Shown: positions 41,333 through 53,124, numbered from the stretch's first letter. The stretch: 64,000 nt of DNA from Sedimentisphaerales bacterium (GCA_963663805.2 CAXXMR010000007.1:17667-81666), one strand, 5' to 3'. Notes: a model not told the origin generated them from the sequence alone. Numbers and translations: made by a program.

Positions 41333-41372
41333 TGTGGCTTTACCAGCAGAAGGTTAAGCAGGAGCATGAATT

Positions 41373-41918
41373 ATGATGGATTGGCACGCGGCTCTGAATT
41401 TTGAGCATGAGATATGTAAGTTCGGCCCAGGAGGGGATTATCAAAATGGCTGGCCCCCTGACAATGAGGAGGTTGGCTATCATTATGACTTGGGTTTGTT
41501 CGGTGTCCTGGGCAGCGGCCTTGGGATGCTGGCTCGTAAATTGAAACGTTTGTCGGTTCAGTGTCAATTGATTAGCAAAAGTGAGCATGGTGTCCCAAAC
41601 GAGATCGGGTTATCGGTCGTAAAAGATTTTTCTGAAATTGGTGGGAAATCAAAGCCAAGGAGTGAAGATGTCGCGAGTTACCAAACGAAACAGCAAAAAT
41701 ATAAATTCGCGCGTATCAGCGGCTTTAACTCCTCGTCAATTGGAGATACTCAGGCTTATCGACGCCTACCGCAACAGCAATGGCTGTTCGCCGACCTTGG
41801 CGGAGATTGCCAGCAGTTTAGGCGTCAGCAAGGTAACGGTTTTCGAGCACGTCGGAGTCCTGGAGTCAAAAGGGCTGCTTTTACGAGAGCCAAACAAGGC
41901 ACGCTCTTTGATAATTAA
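41373..41918 (+). CDS. Hypothetical protein upstream of lexA (3' end uncertain; overlaps lexA)
   Basis: AGGAG RBS and plausible N-terminal ~65 aa; the 250-nt overlap with lexA suggests the 3' part is spurious. Confidence 0.35.
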   Translation: MMDWHAALNFEHEICKFGPGGDYQNGWPPDNEEVGYHYDLGLFGVLGSGLGMLARKLKRLSVQCQLISKSEHGVPNEIGLSVVKDFSEIGGKSKPRSEDVASYQTKQQKYKFARISGFNSSSIGDTQAYRRLPQQQWLFADLGGDCQQFRRQQGNGFRARRSPGVKRAAFTRAKQGTLFDN

Positions 41919-42357
41919 TCATGATTTGTGCGGTGATTTACTGGGTGATTTTGAAGGAAATAGGGGGGACAACAGTTTTGACGGGAGGGGGCAATATAAA
42001 CTGGCCGGCTGTATCGCCGCGGGTGTTCCTCTGGAAGCAATAGAACAGGCCGACGAGCTTGATTTGACTACAATGTTTGAATCAAGCGGCGGAACCTACG
42101 CTTTGGAAGTGCGGGGTGACAGTATGATAGACGAGCATATCTGTCCCGGTGATTACGTACTGGTGGAGAGTTGCGAAAACGCCCGGGATGGCCAGGTGGT
42201 CGTGGCTTTACTGCCCGATGGCCAGGCAACCCTGAAGAAGTTCTATCGTGAGGGCAGGGGTTTTCGTCTGGAGGCCGCGAATGCTTCTTATTCACCTATC
42301 TATACTGGTGAGGTAGATATTCGTGGTGTGGTTATCGGCGTTTTGCGGAGATTCTGA
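41668..42357 (+). CDS. lexA: SOS transcriptional repressor LexA
   Basis: LTPRQ..IL, SPTLAEIA HTH, Ala-Gly cleavage site IAAG, GDSM serine, TLKK lysine; AAGGAG RBS. Confidence 0.93.
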   Translation: MSRVTKRNSKNINSRVSAALTPRQLEILRLIDAYRNSNGCSPTLAEIASSLGVSKVTVFEHVGVLESKGLLLREPNKARSLIINHDLCGDLLGDFEGNRGDNSFDGRGQYKLAGCIAAGVPLEAIEQADELDLTTMFESSGGTYALEVRGDSMIDEHICPGDYVLVESCENARDGQVVVALLPDGQATLKKFYREGRGFRLEAANASYSPIYTGEVDIRGVVIGVLRRF

Positions 42358-42685
42358 AAGGTCGCCAAAATTCGGGGGTAGCGTCTTATAATTCCCTCGG
42401 AGTCTTCGGGAAATATTTTTTTTAGCACAAAGACAGTATTTTCTTTGGGGATTTCCCGTTTGGCTAACAGGGGTCTGTCCCGCTTTTCAGTTCTGAAAAG
42501 CCGGTAAAAACTAACCATATTTGCTAATCTTAACAATCGTAGTCCGATAAATATGTCTGGGTGTTGAAAGTCGATTATCTGGTTTGCTATTAGGGTAAAG
42601 AGGTTACGCGACTGGGCCGATGAGAGCGAAGGTTTTGGAACTCTGGACAATAAAAGATGTTATCAGGAACCGGAAAGCGCAAACT

Positions 42686-45313
42686 ATGGAACAGATAAAA
42701 AAACTAATTGAGGATTCTTCACGGAAGATTACTAAGGCTGGAGCGGATGATTTACAGACTCTGGCACAGCTTCACAGTAATTTTCAGGACATTTCGCAGG
42801 CTGTTGCGTCCTTGGAAGATTTGGCAGGTAATCAGATTGAGGCCGCTCAAGAGGCATCTGGTGCGGCCGCTGATGTTATCCAGAGTCTTATTATGCGAGA
42901 GATAGAGGACACCGGCAGTGCCTTGGAGAATATCCGCGCTACAGTGGAGACTCTGCGGGAACTTGTGGGGGGAAGTTCTGATGAGCTTGGAGATTCGGAT
43001 TATGACAGCTTGCCGGTTGCTCCTGAAGTTATCGAGTTGCCCGAAAATGTTGATGAGGGGATATTCAAAGAGTTTCTTTCTAATCAACCCCATGTCCTGG
43101 CAAATCTGGAAGCGGCGATTTTGACGGCTGAAAGTGACTGTACCAGCGATAATTGTGGTCTCGTCAAGGCGATATTGCACAATATGAAAGGAGAGACCGG
43201 GCTTTTAGGACTGGATACTATCGCGGCGAAATGTCACGATGCCGAAACTCTGATAGCCGAGATGCCCGGCGAGTTTCCGGGTGAGCAGCTATTGGCTACC
43301 AAAGACTGGCTTTTGCAGGCAATTAATCAGCTTTCCGGTGTTAAGGTTTCCAGTTCTGACTCTTGTGAACCGGAAGTCTCGGTTCCTAAAGTTAAGGCTG
43401 CGGTTGTTACGCCGGAACCGGCCAAGGTCAAGGAGGCTCCCGAGCTGGCAAAAGAAAGTATAGAAGATTTGGTAATCGCCGAAAGTGATATTCCCCTAGT
43501 AAATGATTTTATCAATGAGTCTCTGGAGCATCTGGAGTCGGCGGAAAATAATCTGCTGGCGATAGAGGAAAATCCCCATGATAAAGAAATGATAAACGCA
43601 ATATTCCGGGCCTTCCACACAATTAAAGGCGTGGCGGGTTTTCTGAATCTAAAGCAAATAGGCTCGCTTGCTCATGTGGCGGAGAATCTTCTGGATTTAG
43701 CTCGTAAGGATGAACTTGCCCTGAAAGGAACTTGTGTTGATGTCGTGTTTGAAGCGATAGATGTGACCAAGCACCTGTTGGCAATGTTGAGTGAAGCCGT
43801 AGAGCAAAATCACGCCGTACCCGGATATGACAAGCTGGATTCGCTGATGGAACGCATAAAGGTATGTGCAACAGGTCAGAATGAACAGACCCCTCGGCTG
43901 GGTGAACTTCTGGTGGAGGAAGGTGTGCCTCGCAAAGATGTCAATGAGGCATTGAGGCAGCAACGCTGGGAAAAACCGGAGAAAAAGGTGGGAGAGATTC
44001 TCGTGGAGAAAGAACTGGTTTCTCCTGAGATGCTTGAGGACACGATTAAGAAACAGTCGCTGCTTAAGACTAAAGAAAATGATTCGCAGCAAAGGGCCTC
44101 CGGGGCTGATACACGAAAGATGGCAACCGAGAGTACGGTTAAGGTTTCGACCGGAAGACTGGACTCTTTGATTAATATGGTTGGTGAGCTGGTAATCGCC
44201 GAATCGATGGTTAGCCAGGACATAACTGACCACGCAGAGACCAATCAGCGTCTGGCTCGTAATATTCGACATCTGGACAAGACCATTCGCGATCTTCAGG
44301 AACTGTCAATGTCGATGCGTATGGTTCCGGTACAGGGGGTCTTTCAGAAGATGGCCCGTCTGGTACGCGACTTGTCGCGTAAAGCCAATAAGGATGTCGA
44401 TTTCATTATGACCGGGGCCGATACCGAACTGGACCGTAATGTCGTTGAAGCGATTGCCGACCCGCTGGTCCATATGATACGTAATTCGGTTGACCATGGC
44501 ATTGAATCACCGGATATTCGCTTGAAGGCCGGCAAACGGGCCACTGGTACGGTTGAGCTCAAGGCTTTCCATCAGGGTGGAAATATAGTTATAGAAATAC
44601 GTGATGACGGCAAGGGCCTGGACCGTGAGAAAATTTTGGCCAAGGCCCTGGACCACGGCATAATCAAAGAAGGGCAGGAATTGACTGACAGTGAAGTTTT
44701 TAATCTGATATTTCACGCAGGGTTATCAACCGCTGAAAAAATTACCGATGTCTCCGGTCGAGGGGTGGGCATGGATGTGGTTCGCAAGAACATTGAATCT
44801 TTGCGGGGACGTGTGGATATCGATTCTAAAGTCGGCAAAGGGACGGTGTTCTCGATACGCCTGCCTTTGACGCTGGCCGTGATTGACGGTCAGGTGGTTA
44901 CAGTCGGCGGCGAGGCGTTTATAATCCCCACGATTTCCATCGAACAGTCTTTACAGCCCGGCGCTGACCAGATCTCAACGATGCAGGGCGGTAAGGGCGA
45001 ACTGGTCAAGGTTCGCGATTCTCTGCTGCCGGTGGTGCGTTTGCATAATCTGTTTAATATTGAGACGGAAATGACAGAAGTTTGCTCAGGACTCGTAGTG
45101 GTTGTCGCCGACGGAAATGACCGCTGCTGTTTGCTGGTGGACAGTCTCTTAGGTCAGCAGCAGGTTGTTATTAAGAGCCTGGGTGAATTTCTGGGCAGTA
45201 TCCGAGGAGTGTCCGGCGGGGCGATAATGGGGGACGGTAATGTGAGTCTGATTCTGGATGTTCCGGGTTTGATAAAATTGTCGTCTCGTGAAGAATTGTG
45301 TGAAATGGTTTAG
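42686..45313 (+). CDS. cheA: Chemotaxis histidine kinase CheA with two Hpt domains and an MshEN-like insert
   Basis: LHNMKG and FHTIKG Hpt motifs, LVHMIRNSVDHG, DDGKG, SGRGVGMDVV, C-terminal CheW domain. Confidence 0.95.
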   Translation: MEQIKKLIEDSSRKITKAGADDLQTLAQLHSNFQDISQAVASLEDLAGNQIEAAQEASGAAADVIQSLIMREIEDTGSALENIRATVETLRELVGGSSDELGDSDYDSLPVAPEVIELPENVDEGIFKEFLSNQPHVLANLEAAILTAESDCTSDNCGLVKAILHNMKGETGLLGLDTIAAKCHDAETLIAEMPGEFPGEQLLATKDWLLQAINQLSGVKVSSSDSCEPEVSVPKVKAAVVTPEPAKVKEAPELAKESIEDLVIAESDIPLVNDFINESLEHLESAENNLLAIEENPHDKEMINAIFRAFHTIKGVAGFLNLKQIGSLAHVAENLLDLARKDELALKGTCVDVVFEAIDVTKHLLAMLSEAVEQNHAVPGYDKLDSLMERIKVCATGQNEQTPRLGELLVEEGVPRKDVNEALRQQRWEKPEKKVGEILVEKELVSPEMLEDTIKKQSLLKTKENDSQQRASGADTRKMATESTVKVSTGRLDSLINMVGELVIAESMVSQDITDHAETNQRLARNIRHLDKTIRDLQELSMSMRMVPVQGVFQKMARLVRDLSRKANKDVDFIMTGADTELDRNVVEAIADPLVHMIRNSVDHGIESPDIRLKAGKRATGTVELKAFHQGGNIVIEIRDDGKGLDREKILAKALDHGIIKEGQELTDSEVFNLIFHAGLSTAEKITDVSGRGVGMDVVRKNIESLRGRVDIDSKVGKGTVFSIRLPLTLAVIDGQVVTVGGEAFIIPTISIEQSLQPGADQISTMQGGKGELVKVRDSLLPVVRLHNLFNIETEMTEVCSGLVVVVADGNDRCCLLVDSLLGQQQVVIKSLGEFLGSIRGVSGGAIMGDGNVSLILDVPGLIKLSSREELCEMV

Positions 45314-45334
45314 GCTGATTAGCGGAGACTGAAA

Positions 45335-46186
45335 ATGACATTTTTACTCGAACAGCCTGAAGTAAATCTTAGCGAAGATGATTTCCGCAGGGTAAGCGAT
45401 ATTATTTATCAGCATTGCGGTATTAATCTGCACGATGGCAAGAAATCTCTGGTTCGAGCCCGCCTGGCCAAGCGAATTCGAGAGGGTAAATTTAAATCTT
45501 TTGCCAGTTATGTCGATTACGCTCTTTCCGCCGAGGGCAAAGATGAGTTTCGTAATCTGGTAGATTCGATAAGTACGAATTTAACCAGCTTTTTTCGCGA
45601 AAAAGGTCATTTTGCCTATGTGCGGGATGTTTTCTTGCCTCATTTGGTCAGCAGCCAAAATCGCAAGTCTGCTCAGCGTATCCGGGTTTGGTCGGCAGGC
45701 TGTTCGACCGGCGAAGAACCCTATTCCATCGCGATTACTTTGCAGGAGGAGCTCGAAAAGTACGGCAGTTGGAATATAAAAATTCTGGCTTCCGATGTGT
45801 CGACGCGGGTTTTGAATCACGCTCGGGACGGAATTTACCTTGCGGATAAGGTCGCTCCTTTGAGTGCTCAGCAGAAGCAGCGGTTTTTACGTATGGTAAA
45901 AACTGAACAAGGCAAAAGCTATCAGGTTCAGGATGCCTTGAAGAAGATGATACGGTTTCGGTATTTGAACCTGATGGAGGAATGGCCGTTTACCGGACCT
46001 TTTGACATAATTTTCTGTAGGAACGTAATGATATATTTTGACAAGCCGACTCAGGAGCGGCTGGTGAATCGCTACTATAATTGTTTATCGCCCGGTGGTC
46101 TGTTGTTTATCGGACATTCGGAATCCCTGGCGAGCGTGAACCACAAATATCGTTATGTTCAGCCAGCGACTTACGCCAAGCCCTGA
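45335..46186 (+). CDS. cheR: Chemotaxis methyltransferase CheR
   Basis: TNLTSFFRE, WSAGCSTGEEPYS, IFCRNVMIYFD, GHSES. Confidence 0.96.
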   Translation: MTFLLEQPEVNLSEDDFRRVSDIIYQHCGINLHDGKKSLVRARLAKRIREGKFKSFASYVDYALSAEGKDEFRNLVDSISTNLTSFFREKGHFAYVRDVFLPHLVSSQNRKSAQRIRVWSAGCSTGEEPYSIAITLQEELEKYGSWNIKILASDVSTRVLNHARDGIYLADKVAPLSAQQKQRFLRMVKTEQGKSYQVQDALKKMIRFRYLNLMEEWPFTGPFDIIFCRNVMIYFDKPTQERLVNRYYNCLSPGGLLFIGHSESLASVNHKYRYVQPATYAKP

Positions 46187-46258
46187 TTTGCCATAGAAAA
46201 AATACCGAAGATATAATAGTGAATGTAAGATTGAATCGGAATCCGGGAAGGATGAAAA

Positions 46259-46639
46259 ATGGGCTGCAAGATACTAATAGTGGATGACTCAGCGATAACT
46301 CGTGCGGTGTTAAAAAAAACCTTGAGTCTTATCGACTTATCGGTCTCTGATGTGTCAGAGGCCAGCAATGGCCGGGAGGCCCTGGAGTCAATTCGCAATT
46401 CCCCGGTCGATTTGGTCTTTGCGGACCTTAACATGCCGGAAATGAACGGCATGGAGATGACCAGCCATATAATGGAAGAATATGGTTCGGACGCTCCGGC
46501 GGTTGTAGTGGTAACCACCGAAGCCAGTCCCGCCCGCATAACAGAATTATTAAAGCAGGGCATCAAGGGGTATGTGCATAAACCGTTTACTCCCGAGCAG
46601 ATTCGTGACATGATCCTTGAAGTTACTCAGACGGTATAA
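46259..46639 (+). CDS. cheY: Single-domain response regulator (CheY-like)
   Basis: ILIVDD, DLNMPEMNG, KPF. Confidence 0.85.
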   Translation: MGCKILIVDDSAITRAVLKKTLSLIDLSVSDVSEASNGREALESIRNSPVDLVFADLNMPEMNGMEMTSHIMEEYGSDAPAVVVVTTEASPARITELLKQGIKGYVHKPFTPEQIRDMILEVTQTV

Positions 46640-46665
46640 ATCCGGATATTTCGGTTTGGTAATGA

Positions 46666-47799
<1,134 letters not shown>

Positions 47800-47839
47800 T
47801 ATTGGTTTGCTGTTTATAAGAAAGCCTTGAGGATTTACA

Positions 47840-48322
47840 ATGGATGTTAGATACATTAACCCGTTTTTAGTTTCGGTTCGCAAAGTCTTTGATATGATGC
47901 TTAATATGCCGTTTACGCTGGGCAAGCCTCATCTCAAGGCTGAAGCACTGCCTCATTACGATATCAGCGGTATAATCGGGCTGACCGGCAGTGTTACCGG
48001 CAGTGTGGTGATAAGTTTGTCGAAGTCTTTGGCTTTGCAACTGGCAGGGGCCCTGAGTGGCGAAGAATTTACCGAGGTTAATGAGGATTGCACCGACGCG
48101 ATAGGCGAAATAGCGAATATGATAGCCGGCGGGGCCAAGAAAAATTTTCCCGGAGACGGAAGTGCATCCATATCGACTCCCAGTGTTGTGGTGGGCAAAC
48201 ATCATGTGGCTTACCCCTCGAATATGCCCATTATCTCGATTCCCTGTGATACCAGCGCGGGAAGATTGGCGATTGATGTAGCCTTGAAAGAAACAGCTGT
48301 CCACGCTGCGGCCAAGGCCTGA
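47840..48322 (+). CDS. cheX: Chemotaxis phosphatase CheX
   Basis: YINPF, SGIIGLTG, DAIGEIANMIAG, ISTPSVV. Confidence 0.92.
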   Translation: MDVRYINPFLVSVRKVFDMMLNMPFTLGKPHLKAEALPHYDISGIIGLTGSVTGSVVISLSKSLALQLAGALSGEEFTEVNEDCTDAIGEIANMIAGGAKKNFPGDGSASISTPSVVVGKHHVAYPSNMPIISIPCDTSAGRLAIDVALKETAVHAAAKA

Positions 48323-48329
48323 CAGGATA

Positions 48330-49547
48330 TTATTTCCCAGGGTTGCGCAAGGCCTGTAGCTTGCCGCCCTTGATGGAAAACTGCTCCTGGGGGGAGTCGG
48401 CGGGGACTCTTTTAACGCGGGGACCGAGGCGTGTCATTATTTCATAAGGGATAGTGCGTAACTCCGCAGCGAGTGCTTCCAGGCAGTTGCAGCTTACCGG
48501 ATGGTTGTCGATGATAACCACTTCCTGGCCGGGCTGGACGTTTATTCCCGCGTGGAGAACGTTGCTCAGGTCAATGACAGTCTGGTCCATACTGACTCGA
48601 CCCAGTACCGCGGCGCTGTGGCCAGCGACGGTCATGCGCCCGCGGTTGCTAAGGCCCAGGTCGTATCCGTCAGCGTACCCTATGGGGACAATCCCCACGG
48701 TTATATCATTTGTGGCCCGGAACGAACAGCCGTAGCCGATGCTGGTGCCCGCAACGAGATGTTTGACCATCACAATTCGGGAAACCACTTTGAGGGCCGG
48801 TTGCAAATCGGGCCGGTTGTCCATTTCGGTGCTCGAATGGCAACCGTAAACGGATATCCCCGGACGAATCATATTGAAATGGCTGGCCGGTAAATCAAGC
48901 GCCGCAGCGGAGTTAGCCGCGTGTACGACAGGAATATCAAGGTCGTGTTGACGGAGAAGTTCAAGCAAGCCAGTGAAGGCCTCAAGCTGTTCGTGGGCAA
49001 ATGACTTGTCGCGGGCATAGGCCGTGGCAAAATGCGTATAAATACCTTCCAGTATCGCCAGATTATTTTCCAGCACGGTTGAGATAAGGTCTATAAGCTC
49101 AGGCTCATAAAGTCCCATGCGTGACATGCCGCTATCGAGCATGACATGGACCCGGAAGGTCTTCTCAAGTTTAAGTGCTGCCTTGGTCAGGGCGTTAAGG
49201 TCGTCGAGGTGGGCCAGGGTGACAGTAATATCATTTGCGACGAGCCACTCAGCGATTTCAGCTTTTTCCGGCCCCGTATATATGCTCAACTCCGACCCCA
49301 TCAGAAGAATTGGACCCTGCCATTTACAGCCGCGAAGCTCGATGGCCTCGTCCACCATCGATACCGCGAGCATATCGACACCGGCAACCTTTAGGGCCGG
49401 CAGGACCAGTTCAACACCATGGCCATAGGCGTTGGCTTTGACCGCGACGCACATGCGGCAGGTATTAGGGATGAAACTGCGAAGTATGCGGCAATTATGG
49501 AGAATTGCCGTCCGATCAATCTGGGCTGTTAATACTTCATAGTTCAT
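48330..49547 (-). CDS. alr: Alanine racemase
   Basis: AVKANAYGHG, DSGMSRMG, THFA, ANS, GYADG, GRVSMDQ, TIPYE. Confidence 0.96.
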   Translation of the reverse strand: MNYEVLTAQIDRTAILHNCRILRSFIPNTCRMCVAVKANAYGHGVELVLPALKVAGVDMLAVSMVDEAIELRGCKWQGPILLMGSELSIYTGPEKAEIAEWLVANDITVTLAHLDDLNALTKAALKLEKTFRVHVMLDSGMSRMGLYEPELIDLISTVLENNLAILEGIYTHFATAYARDKSFAHEQLEAFTGLLELLRQHDLDIPVVHAANSAAALDLPASHFNMIRPGISVYGCHSSTEMDNRPDLQPALKVVSRIVMVKHLVAGTSIGYGCSFRATNDITVGIVPIGYADGYDLGLSNRGRMTVAGHSAAVLGRVSMDQTVIDLSNVLHAGINVQPGQEVVIIDNHPVSCNCLEALAAELRTIPYEIMTRLGPRVKRVPADSPQEQFSIKGGKLQALRNPGK

Positions 49548-49754
49548 GCCTTAGATTACCATCAGCAGGGGCATATTGTCCAGAATAATCGCCCGGAGAC
49601 TTTGTTTAGTGTGCGATAATTTTTCCTGCTTACCGCTCCGCCTCGCTTATCCGCTCAAAATCAAAGATTATTACCCTGCCACCCCACATCCCCCCAACAA
49701 AAGCTGCCCCGCCTAAGTGGCCGGAGAATACCACGAGTTCACACCCAATAAAAG

Positions 49755-49774
49755 TTATCCACTAATTATCCACA
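49755..49774 (+). promoter_or_regulatory. Tandem DnaA-box-like motifs
   Basis: TTATCCACT (49755) and perfect TTATCCACA (49766); weaker TTATCCGCT at 49647. Confidence 0.45.
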
Positions 49775-49883
49775 TGGCGATAGTGCTGTTTTTGTTGATA
49801 TATGGCTGGCATAAGGGGGGTATACAGGTTACAATGGTTTACCGTGGTGTGATGTCCAGCACTATTGTTCGGAGGTTTATATT

Positions 49884-50948
49884 TTGGCCAGGTCAATAAA
49901 GAAACATCGTAGTAAGGCCGGGCTGGCACCCGGTACGCTGGTTCATGTGGGTGAGCAGTTGGTGGATTCGGCACGTATAACGGTGATGAATTATGACCCG
50001 GATAACTGCCGGGAAGAGCAGTTGAAGTCCATCGAGGCCGCCGGTGAATATCGCAAGGCCGACGGGACGACCTGGCTTAATATTGACGGGCTGCATCAGG
50101 TTGAGATTATCGAAAAGATTGGTCAGATATATGACCTGCATCCCCTGCTTTTGGAAGATATTCTCAATACAAATCAGCGGCCCAAGGTCGAGCAGTTCGA
50201 TAATTGCATTTTCGCGGTGGTGAAAATGATAAGCTATGACGACCAAAAACAGTGTATTCAGTCGGAGCAGGTCAGTTTTGTGCTGGTTGAAAACCATGTG
50301 ATAAGTTTTCAGGAGCGGGTCGGCGATGTCTTCGGCCCGGTGCGGGATCGGATACAGAATACCCGCTGGAGGATTCGCAAACTGGGGGCGGACTATCTCT
50401 TTTACGCGCTGGTGGACAGTATTGTAGATTATTATTTTACGGTCCTGGATAAGATTGCCGAGCGTATTGAGGTGTTGCAGGATGAGGTTACTTTAGAGCC
50501 TACCGAAAAAACCATACAAAAGATACATGAACTGAAAAGGGAAATGTTGTTTTTCCGCCGGGCCGTTTCACCGATTCGGGAGATGGTTAATTCCTTACAG
50601 AGGGACGAGTCAAAACTTATCAGTGACGCCACGCGTATTTATCTGCGCGATGTCTATGACCATACGATTCAAGTGACCGAAGCAATCGAAACTTATCGGG
50701 AGATGATTGGCGGACTGCACGACACCTATCTTTCGAGTATCAGCAACCGGATGAACGCGGTGATGAAGGTCTTGACGATCATCGCGACCATATTTATTCC
50801 CCTGACATTTGTCGCCGGAATTTACGGTATGAATTTCGATTATATGCCCGAACTGCACTGGCGCTGGTCCTACCCAGCGGTTTGGATAGTTATGGCCGCG
50901 ATGTTTGTGGTAATGATGCTTTATTTCAAGAAAAAAAAATGGCTGTAA
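49884..50948 (+). CDS. corA: Magnesium/cobalt transporter CorA
   Basis: GGAGG RBS with TTG start; HPLLLEDI, YGMNF..MPEL, two C-terminal TMs. Confidence 0.95.
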   Translation: MARSIKKHRSKAGLAPGTLVHVGEQLVDSARITVMNYDPDNCREEQLKSIEAAGEYRKADGTTWLNIDGLHQVEIIEKIGQIYDLHPLLLEDILNTNQRPKVEQFDNCIFAVVKMISYDDQKQCIQSEQVSFVLVENHVISFQERVGDVFGPVRDRIQNTRWRIRKLGADYLFYALVDSIVDYYFTVLDKIAERIEVLQDEVTLEPTEKTIQKIHELKREMLFFRRAVSPIREMVNSLQRDESKLISDATRIYLRDVYDHTIQVTEAIETYREMIGGLHDTYLSSISNRMNAVMKVLTIIATIFIPLTFVAGIYGMNFDYMPELHWRWSYPAVWIVMAAMFVVMMLYFKKKKWL

Positions 50949-50962
50949 ACAAAACCCGCCCC

Positions 50963-51211
50963 GCGTAAGCGACCGGATCGAACACCAAAACCCGTATTTA
51001 CGTAAAAAAACCGTCTGAGTGACTGGATTTTTGAGTTTAGAATTTGTTTAGTCTCTTACAAATGAAATCTTGCACAAAATGGCAACAATTTATCAGAGCC
51101 GCGCACGTAAGTAAGCGGTGCCTTTAAAAATCCGCGTAATCCGCGGTTAAATATTGTCGTTGTTTATGGTTTTAAATTTAGTGCTTAGAATTTCCAGCAT
51201 AGCTGGGTTAG
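50963..51211. repeat. Mosaic dispersed repeat, copy 3
   Basis: 50963-51023 is an inverted match to the MITE interior (20227-20288); 51048-51165 matches 40965-41090; ends ccagcatagctgggttagg. Confidence 0.85.
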
Positions 51212-51224
51212 GCAGGTAGTTAAG

Positions 51225-52919
51225 ATGAACAATCATAAAAGAATAGCGTATTTTTCAATGGAAATCGGACTGGAAGTGGGCATGCCCACCTACAGCGGCG
51301 GTTTGGGAATACTGGCCGGTGATACGATAAAGTCAGCGGCTGATTTGAAGTTGTCACTGGTAGCGGTGAGCCTGCTGCATCGAAAAGGGTATTTTTATCA
51401 GCAACTGGATAATTCCGGCTGGCAGAGTGAGCAGCCGATGGAGTGGGTGATTCAGGATTTCCTCAAGCCTACCGACGCGCGGGCGGTAATTAGTATTGAG
51501 GGACGCCAGGTCCATGTCACTGCCTGGCAATATGATGTGAAGGGGGTTTCGGGCGGGGTGATTCCGGTTTATTTTCTCGATACCGATTTGCCCGAGAACG
51601 CCGAGTGGGACCGGAGTTTGTCACATTATCTTTACGGCGGCGATGCCTATTACCGATTCTGCCAGGAAGTACTGCTGGGCATTGGCGGGGTGAGGATTCT
51701 GCGGGCATTGGCCCATGACCAGTTGGAACGGTATCACATGAATGAGGGACATGCCGGATTACTGACCCTGGAACTGCTGGATGAGGCTTATCGTAATAAT
51801 GGCACCCATGATATTACAGAAGAAGAGCTAAACGAGGTGCGGGAGAAATGTGTGTTTACGACCCATACCCCGGTACCAGCCGGGCATGATAAATTCCCCA
51901 TGGAAATGGTGCGGAAGGTGCTGGGAGACCATCAGGCCTTTGAGCTGAAAAATGTTTTCTGCTGTGAAGATACTTTGAATATGACTTACCTGGCACTGAA
52001 CCTGAGTCATTATGTAAACGGAGTAGCTAAGAAGCACGGCGAGGTCTCACGCCATATGTTCGCGCCCTACATTATCGATTCGATTACCAATGGTGTCCAC
52101 GCCGCTACATGGGTGAGCGGCCCTTTCCAGGAACTGTTCGATAAATATATACCCGGCTGGCGCGAGGATAATTACAGCTTGAGATATGCCTTGAATATTC
52201 CCAATGAGGAAGTGTGGAAAGCTCATGAGAAAGTGAAACGAGAGCTTATACTGCATGTCAATCGCGAGGCGAACGCGGGCATGGATTTCGATTTACTGAC
52301 CATCGGTTTCGCGCGACGGGCTGCCAGTTATAAACGAGCGGATTTGCTGCTGGAAGATGTCAATCGCTTGAAGCAGATTTCTGGCAGTATCGGCCCGATA
52401 CAGATTATTTACGCAGGCAAGGCGCATCCCCATGACGAAAAAGGCAAGCATCTGATACAGAAAATTTTCCAGATGGCCAAGGATTTACGGCCCGACATTA
52501 AGATGGTTTATCTGCCCAACTACGATATGGAATTGGGCAAGCTGCTCACCGCGGGCGTGGATGTTTGGCTCAATACTCCTCAGCCGCCCATGGAAGCTTC
52601 GGGCACCAGCGGCATGAAGGCGGCCCTCAACGCAGTGCCTTCCCTGAGTATTCTGGACGGCTGGTGGATCGAAGGTTGCATCGAAAAAGTTACCGGCTGG
52701 GCAATCGGGGCGTTTCAGGATGACGCCAAAGACGAACGCGACCGCGCCGCCGATGTCAAGGCTCTTTACCAAAAGCTCGAACAGTCGGTCGTGCCAATGT
52801 TCTACCAGGACAGGCCAGCTTTTATCAATATGATGACCCATGCAATCGCCCTTAACGGGTCATTTTTCAATACCCAAAGAATGATGTCGCAGTATGTATT
52901 GAAGGCATATTTTTCCTGA
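51225..52919 (+). CDS. glgP: Alpha-glucan (glycogen) phosphorylase
   Basis: [41 protein letters not shown]. Confidence 0.95.
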   Translation: MNNHKRIAYFSMEIGLEVGMPTYSGGLGILAGDTIKSAADLKLSLVAVSLLHRKGYFYQQLDNSGWQSEQPMEWVIQDFLKPTDARAVISIEGRQVHVTAWQYDVKGVSGGVIPVYFLDTDLPENAEWDRSLSHYLYGGDAYYRFCQEVLLGIGGVRILRALAHDQLERYHMNEGHAGLLTLELLDEAYRNNGTHDITEEELNEVREKCVFTTHTPVPAGHDKFPMEMVRKVLGDHQAFELKNVFCCEDTLNMTYLALNLSHYVNGVAKKHGEVSRHMFAPYIIDSITNGVHAATWVSGPFQELFDKYIPGWREDNYSLRYALNIPNEEVWKAHEKVKRELILHVNREANAGMDFDLLTIGFARRAASYKRADLLLEDVNRLKQISGSIGPIQIIYAGKAHPHDEKGKHLIQKIFQMAKDLRPDIKMVYLPNYDMELGKLLTAGVDVWLNTPQPPMEASGTSGMKAALNAVPSLSILDGWWIEGCIEKVTGWAIGAFQDDAKDERDRAADVKALYQKLEQSVVPMFYQDRPAFINMMTHAIALNGSFFNTQRMMSQYVLKAYFS

Positions 52920-53096
52920 GCGGCCAGCGTTAAGTTTATGGTGAAAATTCGCCCCAAAACACGATTTTAGGGCTAAAAACGACGTCGTTTTGGAAATTTT
53001 TCAAAAAAAACAGGGCTTTTTCTCGAAAATGAGGCACTTTTGCGCTGAAAATAAGGCCTTATTACCAGGCGTTTGGGGTATGAGAAGGGGGGTTAC

Positions 53097-53124
53097 TTGA
53101 CAAAAGTTAGATGCGCCTTACAAT
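53097..53124 (+). promoter_or_regulatory. Sigma70-type promoter with overlapping DtxR-like operator
   Basis: TTGACA, 16-nt spacer, TACAAT; GTTAGatgcgcCTTAC imperfect dyad in the spacer. Confidence 0.55.
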
